Origin: an uncultured Actinomycetes bacterium
GTDB lineage: Bacteria > Actinomycetota > Thermoleophilia > Gaiellales > Gaiellaceae
Length of the DNA: 64,000 bases
NCBI GenBank assembly: GCA_963794055.1
Contig: CAWCCL010000013.1
Location: 3,742 to 67,741, forward strand
Direction: 5' to 3'
Under the pieces are notes generated by a model. It did not search any database. It was not told the DNA's origin and saw only the letters and a list, made by a program, of their open reading frames with translations. This document shows, in pieces, positions 46,057 through 58,490 of this stretch. The translations under genes were made by a program, and so were the position numbers. Within the stretch, counting starts at the first letter, position 1; the number at the start of each line of letters is the position of its first letter.

Positions 46057-47603
46057 TCCTCGTCGAGCTCGCCGCCGCGGGCGACGAAGTCGATGATCAT
46101 CCGGTCGGTCAGCCACTCCACCGGCGCGCGGTCGTCGGTGAGCGGCCGCTCGACGGCCTGCACCGGCAGGAGCCCATCCTGGAAGAGCGGGACGAGCGGG
46201 GCGACCTCGGCGGGCGCCGCCTCGACGCGCTCGACGAGCGCGTCCTCGCCGACCGGCGTGACGAAGCCGAGCATCAGCTCGTTGAACCGGAGCGGCCGCC
46301 AGCGCCAGCCCTCCGGGAACTCGGCGAGCATCGTGCTCCCGATCGCCTCGGAGAGCCGCTCGTCGCCCGGGACGCTCGCGACGTTGAGCGCGACGACGCC
46401 CCCTGGGCGCAGGTGCTCCCGCACCGCCGCGAAGAACTCGCGCGTCGCCAGGTAGAACGGGATGTAGGGCTGGTGATAGGCGTCGACGACGATGAGGTCG
46501 TACGTCTCGTCGGTGAGCTCCAGGAATGGGCGGCCGTCGTCCGTGATCACGTTCAGCCGTGGGTTGTCGTCGAGGCCCAGGTAGCGCCGCGCGGCCTCGC
46601 TCACCTCCGGGTCGATCTCGACGCCGTCGATCTCCACACCCGGGTAGAGCTCGCCGTAGGCCCGCGCCACGGTGCCGCCCGCGTTCCCGATGATGAGCAT
46701 CCTCTCCACCGGGCGGTCGAGGAGCGGCGGCACGAGCAGGAAGGTGTCCCAGACCCCGCCGGTCAGCACCGAGTCCTCGTGCCAGACGGAGTGCACGGCG
46801 ACGCCCTCGTTCAGCTTCAGCGCGCGCGAGCCGTCGGAGCGCTCGACGATCTGGATGTACTGGTATGAGGACTCCGTCTCGAACAGAAGCCCGGAGCTCG
46901 CCTTGATCGTCCCGGCGGGGACGAGGAGGAGCCCGGCGGCAGCCAGCGTCAGCAGCTGCCAGCGCACGCCGAGGAGGAGGGCCGCCGCGAGCACGAGCAG
47001 GACGGCCGAGCCGAGCATCGTCCGCTGCGTTCCCAGGAGCGGGATAGTGACGATGGCGGAGAGGAAGGTCCCGACGATGCTGCCCACCGTGGAGAGCGCG
47101 TACAGGCGCCCGGCCACGGCGCCCGCCTCGTTCACGTCTACGAGCGCGAGCCTGATGGCGAACGGCGCGACGGCCCCGAGCAGGGTGATCGGCACGGCGA
47201 AGAGCGCCAGCGCCGCGAAGAACGAGCCGACGACCGCGCCGACGGAGACCGCGTCGAGCCCCTGCAGGGCGACGTCGAGGATCGGCCGCGCGATGAACGG
47301 CGTGACCGCGATCGCGGCCGCCGCCGCCAGGATGATCCAGCCGAGGAGCCGCGGTTCCGGCCACCGGTCGGCCACCTTCCCGCCGAGCCAGTAGCCGACC
47401 GAGAGGTAGAGCAGGATCAGCCCGATGATGTTCGCCCAGACGATCGTCGAGCTGCCGAAGTAGGGCGCGAGCAGCCGTGAGGCGGCGATCTCGGTGGCGA
47501 GCGTCGCGGTCCCCGCAATGAACACGACGATCCCGAGGCGGGTCCGGCTCACGGACGCGGCAACGGTCACGGGAGACGCGGCGACGTCCGAGGCGGTGCT
47601 CAC
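46035..47603 (-). CDS. Polyamine aminopropyltransferase (spermidine synthase-like) fused to an N-terminal multi-TM domain
   Basis: GTG at 47603. About 7 TM helices, then MLIIGNAGGTVARAY..VEIDPEV..VDAYHQPYIPFYLATREFF. Confidence 0.8.
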   Translation of the reverse strand: MSTASDVAASPVTVAASVSRTRLGIVVFIAGTATLATEIAASRLLAPYFGSSTIVWANIIGLILLYLSVGYWLGGKVADRWPEPRLLGWIILAAAAAIAVTPFIARPILDVALQGLDAVSVGAVVGSFFAALALFAVPITLLGAVAPFAIRLALVDVNEAGAVAGRLYALSTVGSIVGTFLSAIVTIPLLGTQRTMLGSAVLLVLAAALLLGVRWQLLTLAAAGLLLVPAGTIKASSGLLFETESSYQYIQIVERSDGSRALKLNEGVAVHSVWHEDSVLTGGVWDTFLLVPPLLDRPVERMLIIGNAGGTVARAYGELYPGVEIDGVEIDPEVSEAARRYLGLDDNPRLNVITDDGRPFLELTDETYDLIVVDAYHQPYIPFYLATREFFAAVREHLRPGGVVALNVASVPGDERLSEAIGSTMLAEFPEGWRWRPLRFNELMLGFVTPVGEDALVERVEAAPAEVAPLVPLFQDGLLPVQAVERPLTDDRAPVEWLTDRMIIDFVARGGELDEDYLPTRP

Positions 47604-47608
47604 TCCGT

Positions 47609-50368
47609 TCAGCGTGCCAGCTTGAGGCACACGATGGCGCAGTCGTCGGCGAGCTCGCCGCCCGCGAAGGCGCGGCAGGCCGCCAGAATCTCCGCCGCCA
47701 GCTCCTGGGCGGGCAGGCCGCGGCGCTCCGCCAGCAGGCGGTCGAGCCGCTCCTCGCCGTAGAGCTCCTCGTCGTGTCTCGCCTCGACGACGCCGTCCGT
47801 GTAGAGGACGATCACCGAGCCGGCCTCGAGCCGGGCACGCTCCTCCGGATAGTCCTGGTCCGCCTCGATTCCGAGCGCGAGCCCGGTGCCGCCGAGCGGT
47901 GTGACGCGGCCGCGCGGGTCGACGACGCGGGCGGGCGGATGGCCCGCGCTCGCGCACGCGACCTCCCCCGAGCGAGCGTCCACGATCGCGTAGAGGAGCG
48001 TGACGAACTTCCCCTGCTCGATCTCGTCGCACGCAACCGCGTTCGCGCTCCGGAGGAAGGCGGCCGGCTCCGAGTCGCCGCGCGCGAGCACGCGGAAGAT
48101 GTACTTCGCCATCGCCATGTCGGCGGCGGCCGAGACGCCCTTGCCGAGCACGTCCCCGATCACGACGGCCAGGCGGCCGTCCTCGAGGACGACGAAGTCG
48201 TAGAGGTCACCGCCCACGTCCACGCGCGCCGACGACTGGTAGACGTGCCCGACCCCGAGGCCGGGGACGCGCGGGATGTCGCGCGGAAGGAGCGCGCGCT
48301 GCATCGTCTCCGCGAAGTCCTTCTGCTGCTGGTACAGCCGCGCGTTGTCGATCGCGAACGCGGCCTGTGCGGCGACGGCCGCCGCGGCGTCGATTCCGGC
48401 GTCGTCGAGCGGCAGCTCGGGGTCGAAGGAGACCACGGTGAGCGTCCCCAGCACCTCGCCCGGAGTGGCGAGCGGGAGCACCGCGGCGGTGGCGCCCTGG
48501 CGCAGGAACGGCTCGAGGACGTGGTGCGCATCGTCCGGCGCGGCGGTGCCCGGCCGCAGGATGACCGCCCGCTTCGAGCGGACGAGCCGGCGGGCGAGCG
48601 GCGCCGACAGCGGCTGCGGGCGGGCCGCCAGGGCGGCGACGACCTCCTCGACGCGGGGATCGGCGACGTGGACGGCGCGCGCCGTCAGCGCCCCGGTGCG
48701 CGGATCCGGCATGCGGATGACAGCGACGTCGGCGTCGAGCAGCTCCACCATGGCCCGCGCCACCGCCTCGACCAGCGCGTCCAGCGAGAGACTCTCCGTG
48801 AACGACTGCGAGATGGCGTAGAGCCCGCGCAGCTGCCGGGCCGCCCGGCGCTCAGACTCGAGCGTCTGCTCGAGGATCGCGGACAGCTCCTTCGTCCGCT
48901 CGTGCAGGCGGGCGTTCTGGACCGCGACGGCGAGCTGGCCGGAGAGCGCGAGCAGGAGGCTCTCCTCGCCCTCCTCGAACGGCAGCGGGCGCGCCTTGAA
49001 GACGCCGAGCGCCCCGATCGCCTCGTCGTGGACGAGCAGAGGGATGAAGAGCGCGCGGCGGACCCCGCTCTCCTCGACGACGCGCTCGAGCCCTGCGAGG
49101 CGCGGGTCGCCCCGGAGGTCCTCGACGAAGAGGAAGCCGCGGCTCCGAAACGGCCCGAGCGCGAGCTCGAGGAGTCGCTCGGCAAGGTCGGTGTGCGCTC
49201 CGGTGAGGCCGCGCGAGGCGGAGGCGACGAGCCGGCCCTCCTCGCGCAGGTAGACGGCGACGTGCCCGCTCGCGGTGAGCTCCGCGACCCGCTCGACGGC
49301 GGTCTCGAGCGTGTGCGCGAGCGAGAGCTGGGCGATCGCCTGACTGACGACGGCGACGAGGGTCTGCGAGCGCCTCAGCGCGAGCTCGACCTCGCCTGCG
49401 CGGCGGCTGCGCCGGAGCGCCTGGGCGGCGCCCGCCCCGAACGGCGAGAGCCGCTCCAGCTCGGGCTCGGGTGCCTCCTCGGCGTCCCAGGCCAGCCGCA
49501 GCACCGCAACGGCCGGCTCGCCGAGCGGAATCGTGTGGAGAATCCAGGAGCCGACGCGGGCCGGGCCGGGATCCCGCGTCTCGAGCGACTGGCGCACGCT
49601 CTCGCCGGCCTCGATCAGGTCGGGTGCGGCCCCGCCGAAGCCGTGCTGGGCGAGCAGGGAAGGAGGCGCGTCGGCGTCGACCCGCCACAGGGTCGCACCT
49701 GCGGCGCCGGCCGCCTCGGCTGCCACGCGCACGATCTGCTCTGCGGTCTCGCGCTCGTCCGCCCCGGCGGCCAGGGCCTCCCCGAGGAGCTCGAGCTGGC
49801 CTCGGGAAAGCTCGGCGCGCCCGTTCTCACCCTGCCCGACCGCGCGGTCGAGCCGGAGCGCGAGCGCGACGTGCGCCGCGGCGGCACGGGCGAGCGCTGC
49901 CTCCTCCGGGCCGAACGGAAGCCCCGAGCGGTACAGCTCGAGCGCTGCGACGAGCTCGCCGTTCACCGCGACCGGGACGAGGCGCACGATCGGCATGCCC
50001 GCCCGCGCGGCCGCCCGCCGGACGCCGGCCGGTGCGGCCGGGTCGTCGGGCGCGTCCTCGAGCTCGACCTCCCCCAGGAGGACGTCGGCCGCCGCGACGC
50101 GGGTCCCCTGCAGCTCAGCGACAAGCGCGGCGGACTCCGAGTGGACCGCGCGCGCGACGAGCTGGCCGCCTCGATCCGCCAGCCGGGCGACGACGAGCTC
50201 GGCGCCGGTCCCGAGCGCGACTGCGTGGAGGAGCGCGGCGAGCCCGCGCTCGGCGGGGCCGCCCCGGACGAGCTCGAGAGCCGCGGCCGCGAACGCCGAG
50301 AGTGCGCTCCCCGCCGCCTCGGTCGGCGGAGCCTCGCCCGTGCGGGCTGATCCGTGAACCCCCTCCAT
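47609..50368 (-). CDS. Multi-GAF PPM/SpoIIE-type serine phosphatase
   Basis: Start taken at MEGVHGS. Several GAF-like repeats, then the PP2C/SpoIIE motifs VGGDLYDF, GDVLGKG, and DGVVEA... Confidence 0.8.
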   Translation of the reverse strand: MEGVHGSARTGEAPPTEAAGSALSAFAAAALELVRGGPAERGLAALLHAVALGTGAELVVARLADRGGQLVARAVHSESAALVAELQGTRVAAADVLLGEVELEDAPDDPAAPAGVRRAAARAGMPIVRLVPVAVNGELVAALELYRSGLPFGPEEAALARAAAAHVALALRLDRAVGQGENGRAELSRGQLELLGEALAAGADERETAEQIVRVAAEAAGAAGATLWRVDADAPPSLLAQHGFGGAAPDLIEAGESVRQSLETRDPGPARVGSWILHTIPLGEPAVAVLRLAWDAEEAPEPELERLSPFGAGAAQALRRSRRAGEVELALRRSQTLVAVVSQAIAQLSLAHTLETAVERVAELTASGHVAVYLREEGRLVASASRGLTGAHTDLAERLLELALGPFRSRGFLFVEDLRGDPRLAGLERVVEESGVRRALFIPLLVHDEAIGALGVFKARPLPFEEGEESLLLALSGQLAVAVQNARLHERTKELSAILEQTLESERRAARQLRGLYAISQSFTESLSLDALVEAVARAMVELLDADVAVIRMPDPRTGALTARAVHVADPRVEEVVAALAARPQPLSAPLARRLVRSKRAVILRPGTAAPDDAHHVLEPFLRQGATAAVLPLATPGEVLGTLTVVSFDPELPLDDAGIDAAAAVAAQAAFAIDNARLYQQQKDFAETMQRALLPRDIPRVPGLGVGHVYQSSARVDVGGDLYDFVVLEDGRLAVVIGDVLGKGVSAAADMAMAKYIFRVLARGDSEPAAFLRSANAVACDEIEQGKFVTLLYAIVDARSGEVACASAGHPPARVVDPRGRVTPLGGTGLALGIEADQDYPEERARLEAGSVIVLYTDGVVEARHDEELYGEERLDRLLAERRGLPAQELAAEILAACRAFAGGELADDCAIVCLKLAR

Positions 50369-50480
50369 CCATCCATTATCGCCGCGTCCGGAGCGGCTGC
50401 AGCGTCGCCTCCAGTTGCGCGACCCCGCCTGAGCCGCAAGAATCCGCGGCCATGGCAGCACCCGCGCCCAGGCGTGCCCG

Positions 50481-50714
50481 TTGGGAGAAGCTTCCTGGCG
50501 ACGACCTCGCTCCCGAGGACCCTCCCTGGATCCGCACGCCGTCCAGCGCCGCCTCCGCCGTGAGCGCGCGAAGCGCCATGCCCTCCACGAGCACCAGCGG
50601 GAGCGGCGCCTGGCCGGAATCCGCTTCCTCGCCCTCATCGGCGTCCTGATCTTCGTGACGCTCTTCCTCAGCCTTTCGATCTGGGAGACGATCGGCTCAG
50701 TGTTCGGGCTCTAG
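50481..50714 (+). CDS. Possible small tail-anchored membrane protein
   Basis: Basic N-terminus, then one TM segment (FLALIGVLIFVTLFLSLSIW). The start is uncertain and there is no family support. Confidence 0.3.
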   Translation: MGEASWRRPRSRGPSLDPHAVQRRLRRERAKRHALHEHQRERRLAGIRFLALIGVLIFVTLFLSLSIWETIGSVFGL

Positions 50715-50722
50715 GCACGCCG

Positions 50723-51166
50723 TTGACCGCAACCCGTCCGCAGCCCCCTGCCGCCGGCGCCGGCCTCTGGCGCACCGGCGAGCTGCTCGCCTGGCTGGGG
50801 GGCCTCGTCCTCACCCTCGGAGCCTTCATGGGCTGGTACTCGATCTCCGGTGACCCGCGCGGCACCCTCTCGGTGCTCGGCTGGCACACCGGGACAATCG
50901 GCAAGCTCGTCTTCGCCGTCGGTGTGATCGTGCTCGGGCTGCTCGCCCTGCGCGCCTTCGGGGTCCAGCTGCCGCCGAGTGTCCCGGACGGCCTGGTCAT
51001 AGCGGGGCTCGGCCTCGCGGCGACGATCCTCGTCCTCATCCGCCTGATCGACATCCCCGAGACCTTTCAGCCGGCGGTCGGCCGTGGGATCGGGATCTGG
51101 CTCAGCCTCCTGGCCGCGCTGCTGCTGATCGTGGCGGGCCTGCTGAAGTCGGCCGAAGACGCCTGA
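50723..51166 (+). CDS. Integral membrane protein, hypothetical
   Basis: 147 aa with four predicted TM helices and a TTG start. Confidence 0.5.
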   Translation: MTATRPQPPAAGAGLWRTGELLAWLGGLVLTLGAFMGWYSISGDPRGTLSVLGWHTGTIGKLVFAVGVIVLGLLALRAFGVQLPPSVPDGLVIAGLGLAATILVLIRLIDIPETFQPAVGRGIGIWLSLLAALLLIVAGLLKSAEDA

Positions 51167-51665
51167 CCAGCGCGACCGCGACGAGGCCGACGGCCACGCC
51201 GAGCGCCGCGCCAGCGAGGACGTCCAGCGGGTAGTGCACGCCCACGTACACCCGTGAGACGGCGACTGCCGCGGCGAGCAGGCCGAGCCAGAGCCCGGCC
51301 CGGCCGATGAGGTACGCGAGGATCACGGCCCCGGCCGCGCTCGTCGCCGCATGGCCGGAGGGGAAGGACCCGGCAACGTCCCAGCGCAGGAGCGGGTCCG
51401 CCGCCGGGATCACCTCGTAGGGGCGCTGGCGGTCGACGAGCGCCTTCGCGAGCGTTGCGAGGAGATCCGCGGACCAGACCGTCGCGGCCGTGACGAGCGT
51501 CGTGAAGAGTGGCGGCTTCCGCGCCCAGAGCGCGAGGAGTGGCGCGAGCACGATCCAGAGGAGAGCGGCCTGGCCGGCCGCCGAAAGCGCGACGAAGATC
51601 CAGTCGAGCGGCGCGACCCGGTGCTCGACGACCCAGGTGAAGAGATCGCGGTCGAGAGGCGCCAT
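51102..51665 (-). CDS. PAP2-family phosphatase
   Basis: KALVDRQRP, FPSGHA and SRVYVGVHYPLD, the three PAP2 motifs. Confidence 0.85.
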   Translation of the reverse strand: MAPLDRDLFTWVVEHRVAPLDWIFVALSAAGQAALLWIVLAPLLALWARKPPLFTTLVTAATVWSADLLATLAKALVDRQRPYEVIPAADPLLRWDVAGSFPSGHAATSAAGAVILAYLIGRAGLWLGLLAAAVAVSRVYVGVHYPLDVLAGAALGVAVGLVAVALVRRLRPTSAGPPRSAAARPGG

Positions 51666-51677
51666 CGCCTCCCAGTA

Positions 51678-52241
51678 TCAGGGCCGCAGGAGGTGCTTCG
51701 TTGCCTCGACGAGCTTCCGCGGGTCGAACGGCTTCCCGATGAAGGCCTGCGCGCCGCGCTCCTCGGCCTCCCCCGCCTCGTCGAGCTTCCCGCTGTACAT
51801 GACCACCTGGATCGCGTCGACGCCGTGGCGCTCGTGGACGCGGCGGAGCATCTCCCAGCCGTCCATCAGCGGCATCATCACGTCGAGGAGGATCAGGTCG
51901 GGCGCGTGCTCGTCCAGCGCGGCCAGGCCCTCCGCGGCGCTGCCTGCCTCCCGCACTGCGTAGCCGGCCGTCTCGAGGTTGGCGCGGATGAACTCACGGA
52001 GCCCCGCGTCGTCGTCCACGACGAGGACGCTCGCGGCCCCCGGCTTCACCCCAGGGGGCGTGCCCCGAGGCCCGGCGAGGAACGCCTCGAGATCCGTGCG
52101 CTTGAAGCGGCGGTGACCGCCGGGCGTGTAGAAGGTCGGCAGCCTGTCGTCGTCGGCCCACTTGCGCACGGTCGACTGGGCCGCACCGAGAAATGCAGCA
52201 GCCTGGCCGAGAGTGAGCCATTCTCGACCGTCGTCCGCCAT
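51678..52241 (-). CDS. Response regulator: excisionase/MerR-type HTH plus receiver domain
   Basis: Start taken at MADDGREW. HTH WLTLGQAAAFLGAAQSTVRKWADD. Receiver VLVVDDD...DLILLDVMMP...GKP. Confidence 0.75.
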   Translation of the reverse strand: MADDGREWLTLGQAAAFLGAAQSTVRKWADDDRLPTFYTPGGHRRFKRTDLEAFLAGPRGTPPGVKPGAASVLVVDDDAGLREFIRANLETAGYAVREAGSAAEGLAALDEHAPDLILLDVMMPLMDGWEMLRRVHERHGVDAIQVVMYSGKLDEAGEAEERGAQAFIGKPFDPRKLVEATKHLLRP

Positions 52242-52346
52242 CCGACGTGCGCCGGCGGACTCGCGCTGTCGGTCGTCTTGCATGGGCCGCAACAAAAAAA
52301 GCTACCAAATCCTCATGAATCTTTCACTGGCCACGCGACCAGTTCT

Positions 52347-52598
52347 TCACGGCTCGGTCGTGACGGTGACCGTCCGCTCCTGGGGCTCGATCGTCAGCGG
52401 CTCGAGCGTGCGCACGATCGTCTGCGTGCCTCCCGGCGAGGGCGCGTCCTCGAGCGCACGACCGATGGCGAGGCCGGCGACGAAGACGGCCGCCACGATC
52501 GCGAGGCGAATGATCCAGCCCGCGATCCGGCGGCCGCGACGTCGGCGCGGGCGGGCGCGCTCGCGCGTCCGCGGGGGCCCGGGCGGCGCGGAGCTCAC
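52347..52598 (-). CDS. Small single-pass membrane protein, hypothetical
   Basis: GTG at 52598 overlaps the upstream stop (GTGA). Arg-rich N-terminus, then the TM segment IAGWIIRLAIVAAVFVAGLAIG. Confidence 0.45.
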   Translation of the reverse strand: MSSAPPGPPRTRERARPRRRRGRRIAGWIIRLAIVAAVFVAGLAIGRALEDAPSPGGTQTIVRTLEPLTIEPQERTVTVTTEP

Positions 52599-52906
52599 GG
52601 CTGGTAGTCGCTCGCGCCGCGCGCGTAGTGGGCAAAGGCCGCGTCCTGGACGAGCACGACGTCGCGGATCCCGGCGCGGGCCTTGGGCGGCGCGCTCACG
52701 AGAACGACCTCGCGGATCCAGTCTTCGGAGCCGTCGTAGACGCCCGCCAGCTCGGCGAGCGTGAACGTCTGGCCGACGCGACGGCGGAGCTCGCCCAGGA
52801 CTGCCTCGACGAGCAGCCAGAGATGGCGGCCCCGCGCCGTCTCGGCGCCCACGCCGTCGAGCCGGCGCTTCCCCTCGTCCCACTGCTGCTGCGCGCTCTC
52901 CAACAT
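52595..52906 (-). CDS. Hypothetical protein (103 aa)
   Basis: The ATG overlaps the DUF501 stop (TGATG). It is in operon context with no recognisable family. Confidence 0.5.
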   Translation of the reverse strand: MLESAQQQWDEGKRRLDGVGAETARGRHLWLLVEAVLGELRRRVGQTFTLAELAGVYDGSEDWIREVVLVSAPPKARAGIRDVVLVQDAAFAHYARGASDYQP

Positions 52907-53385
52907 CACGCGGTCGCCCCTTCGTCCAGCGCCCGGGCGCAGCGTGCGTCCGGGCACCAGCGCTCGCCGGCCTCGGCGAGGACCCGCTCGCCGAGCTCGT
53001 AGCCGGGCCGGGCGAGTGCGAAGGCCGCGTGTGCGTGCAGGCACTTCAGAGCCTCCGGAGACCGCGTCCCGCCGATCCCGACGTCGAGCTCCGGGCGCAG
53101 CTCGCGCTGCTCCCGGTCGGCGCGCGCCAGGCTCTCCCCCAGCTCAGGGTCGTCGATCGCCGCGCGCGACCAGCGCTCGACGCCCCCCGCGGCCTCGAGG
53201 CGCGCGATCGCCGCCACGAGCCAGGGGCAGGTCAGGTAGTAGGTGGTGGGGAAGGGCCTGCCGCCGGCGTCGAAGGGCGCCTGCTCCGTAACCGCGGGAT
53301 AGCCGAACGGACAGCGGAGCGCAACCCGCCGAAACGTTCGAGCGGGCCGCCCAAGCTGCCAGGAGACCACCGTCCGGTCGTCCAC
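52906..53385 (-). CDS. DUF501-domain protein
   Basis: ..RCPFGYPAV...GRPFPTTYYLTCP... It occupies the position after ftsB that is seen in actinobacterial eno-ftsB-DUF501 clusters. Confidence 0.7.
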   Translation of the reverse strand: MDDRTVVSWQLGRPARTFRRVALRCPFGYPAVTEQAPFDAGGRPFPTTYYLTCPWLVAAIARLEAAGGVERWSRAAIDDPELGESLARADREQRELRPELDVGIGGTRSPEALKCLHAHAAFALARPGYELGERVLAEAGERWCPDARCARALDEGATA

Positions 53386-53389
53386 CAGA

Positions 53390-53770
53390 TCATCGTAACC
53401 GCGCCTTCGCGCGCGCCCGCCGCTCGTGCTTCCATTCGTCGATTCCCGTGACGATGAAGAGACGCTCGCCCGGCTTCACGAGCCCGAGCTTGCGCGCCTC
53501 GCGCTCGACGAACTCGGGAGTCCCCGCCTCTTCGATGCGCTCCTCCAGCTCCGCGTTGGCACGCTGGATGCGCTCGACCTCGGCCTGGCGCGCCGCGACG
53601 TTCCCGGTGGCGTCCCGGTAGGCCCGGAGCGGCTGGACGTACCCGACCGCGACCGCCAGGAGCACGACGAGCCCGATCCAGCGAAGCGCGCGAGCCGGCT
53701 TGGAGAGACGGCGTGCTTTCTTCGGGGAGCGAGAGGTTGGTTGACGGCGTGCCCGGGCGGCCATGGGCAT
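53390..53770 (-). CDS. ftsB: Septum formation initiator (FtsB/DivIC family)
   Basis: Basic N-terminus, one TM segment, a coiled coil, and ..EREARKLGLVKPGERLFIV. Confidence 0.75.
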   Translation of the reverse strand: MPMAARARRQPTSRSPKKARRLSKPARALRWIGLVVLLAVAVGYVQPLRAYRDATGNVAARQAEVERIQRANAELEERIEEAGTPEFVEREARKLGLVKPGERLFIVTGIDEWKHERRARAKARLR

Positions 53771-53858
53771 GCCAACTTCGACCGCAGGACACACCCTCCT
53801 CCTCCGGGCCCGAACGAGGCTACCGACCCCGTCGGACGGACCTGGAAGTGTAGAAGAC

Positions 53859-55287
53859 CTAAGCCGTCTCGACCTTGATGACGTTCGTCGTGCCCGGGAC
53901 GTTCACCGCAGTGCCGGCCGTGATGACGATGCGGTCTCCCGGGCCCACGAGCCCGGTCTCGCGCGCGGCCGCGAGCGCACGCGACCAGAGGTCGTCCACG
54001 TTCTTCGCCTCCTCGATCTCGGAGGCGATCGACGCCCCATTCGAGCGCGAGCTGCTGCACCGCATAGCGCTTGTGGGTGACGGCGATGATCGGCCGGCGC
54101 GGCCGGTGCCGCGCGACCGCGGACGCGGTCCTGCCGCTGTAGGTCGGGACGAGGATCGCGGCGGCGCCGAGAACCTCGGCGATGTCGCAGGCGGCGTTCG
54201 ACATGGCCTCCCCCACCGTCGGGAACGGATGGTCGGCCGCCTGGGCTAGCTCGTGCCGGTAGGCGAGGCTGGGCTCGACAGCGCGCGCGATCGTGTCCAT
54301 GAAGGCGGCGCTCTCGATTGGGTACTGGCCGACGGCGGTCTCGCCCGAGAGCATGACCGCGGACGTCCCGTCGAGGATCGCGTTGGCGACGTCGCTCGCC
54401 TCGGCCCGCGTCGGCTCGGGCTTCGTGATCATCGACTCGAGCATCTGCGTGGCGGTGATCGCCGGCTTCCCGTGCTCGAGCGCGCAGAGGATGATCCGCT
54501 TCTGGACGAGCGGCACGGCCGCGGGGCCGATCTCGACGCCGAGGTCGCCGCGCGCCACCATGACCGCGTCGGACGCGCTCACGATCGCGTCGAGATCCTC
54601 GACCGCCTCGGCCTTCTCGATCTTGGCGATCACCAGCGCCTTCGCGTCCGCAGCGTTCAGGAGCTCGCGGATCCCGCGGCAGTCGGCGGCCGAGCGGACG
54701 AACGAGAGCGCGACGTAGTCGATCCCGATGGAGAGCGCAAACTCGAGGTCGCTCAGGTCCTTCTCCGTCACGGACGGCACCGGGATCGAGACGCCCGGGA
54801 CGTTCACCCCCTTGTGCGCCCCGACCGCGCCGCCGACGACGACGGTTGTGCGGACGCGCTCGCCGTCGGTCTCCTCGACGCGCAGGCGGACGCGGCCGTC
54901 GTCGATCAGTACCTCGTGGCCGGGCTGGAGCACCTCGGTCAGGACCGCCGGCATCACGAGGAGGTCGCCGGGCGCGCCCGCCCCCTCGCCCGCGATGTGC
55001 ACCTCGTCGCCCATGACCAGGATCCGCGGGACGTCGAGGTCGTCGATCCGCACCTTCGGCCCCTGGAGGTCGGCGATCAGCGCCAGCGGCCGGCCGGCGC
55101 GCTCCTGCGCCTCGCGGATGAGGCGCGCCCGTTCGCCGTGCTCCTCGTGGGTGCCGTGGGAGAAGTTGAGCCGGGCCGCATCCATCCCCGCTGTGACCAG
55201 CCGGTCGAGCATCGCGGGGGACGAGGTTGCCGGGCCGATCGTGCAGACGATCTTCGTGCGGCGGAGCCCGTTGTTCACACCGCGCAC
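53859..55287 (-). pseudogene. pyk: Pyruvate kinase, one frameshift near the C-terminus
   Basis: [12 protein letters not shown], the NFSHG region, [10 protein letters not shown] and ..[11 protein letters not shown]... The C-terminal about 60 aa are in ORF 53859..54065. The frames join near 54025-54045. Confidence 0.85.
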
Positions 55288-55320
55288 GTTAGCGCGCCCG
55301 GTGGCTCCCGCCGGAGGTGG

Positions 55321-57416
<2,096 letters not shown>

Positions 57417-58479
57417 CTACTGGTGGTCTCGGTCGGTCTCGGCCGGCCCGGTGTCGCCCTCGCCGGTGCCCGTCTCGGCTTCCGGCGGAGGCTCGAAGCC
57501 CGGTGCGTAGGCGACCGGATCCGCGAAGCGGTCCTGCAGCTCCTGGACCCATTCGTTGATGCGGGTGTTCTTCTTCTCCTCGAGGAGCGTCGTGGAGATC
57601 TGCTCCTCGACGGCGGAGAGCTCCTGGGTCGAGGCGTCCTCGATGTCGCCGACGGCCTCGATGATGTGCCAGCCGAACTGCGTCTTCACAGGCTCGGAGA
57701 GCTCGCCGGTCTTCGAGCCCGAACGCCACCTTGTCGAACGGGGCGACGGTCGCGCCCTTCTGCGCGGTGAACTTGCCGCCCTCGTTCTTGGAGGCCGGGT
57801 CCTGCGAGAACTGCTTCGCGAGCTTGGCGAAGTTGCCGCCGTTCTCGAGCTGCGCGTGGATCTCGTCGGCCTTGGCCTTTTTCTTGACGAGGATGTGCCG
57901 CACCTCGCGCGAGGAGGGCGTCTCGAACTGCGCCTCGTTCTCGTCGTAGTACGCCTGGATCTCCGCGTCCGTGACCTCGACCTCGCTCGTGATCTTCTCG
58001 AAGATCTTCTCCGGAGAGCATCCGCGTCCGCAGGTCCTCGAGCACCTGCTCCTCGGTGAGGCCCTGCTTCTCGAGCTCCTCCTGGTACTTCGCGTCGTCG
58101 CCCTCGAAGAACTGGTCCTTGAGCTCCGTCGAGCCGCGTGTCGAGCTCCTCCTCGGTGACCGTCGATGTCGAGCTCCTCGGCAGCGATCTCGAACTGGGC
58201 TTTCTCCACGAGGCTGCGGACGAGCGCGTTGCGAAGCTGGGCGAACTCGGGCGTCCCGGCCGCGGGGAAGTCCTGCTCGCGCGCCTCGTAGGTCGCCTGG
58301 GCCTGGGTCAGCAGCCGGTCGTACTCGGCCTTCGGAATCTCGCGCTCACCGACGACTGCGATCGCGGACGCGGGGACTTCGGGCGCGTCGGCCTCGTCGT
58401 CGCCCCCGCCGCAACCTGCGGCTGCGACGCTGAGGGCGAGCGCAGCAAGAACGGCGATGAGACGAGTCCAAAGAGGCAT
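57417..58479 (-). pseudogene. Parvulin-type peptidyl-prolyl isomerase lipoprotein (PrsA/SurA-like), at least four frame changes
   Basis: Lipobox LALSVAAAGCGG at the N-terminus. The PPIase core ..REVRHILVKKK...FAKLAKQFSQDP.. and ..KTQFGWHII.. lies in different frames. Confidence 0.75.
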
Positions 58480-58490
58480 GCGCGAACGGG

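Noticed and set aside
44028-46868. 946-aa plus-strand ORF, and similar long ORFs at 47774-50350, 59011-61710, 5760-8030, 10137-11945, 13467-15170, 34089-36017 and 28708-30522
   Set aside because: They are antisense to clearly identifiable genes. Their translations are dominated by R/A/G/P/E/D low-complexity sequence without motifs. This is typical of shadow ORFs in DNA of more than 70% G+C.
52283-52289. A7 run as a terminator U-tract for the gene ending at 52347
   Set aside because: On the minus strand the T-run is not preceded by a convincing GC-rich hairpin. It more likely belongs to the AT-rich promoter region of the response-regulator gene.
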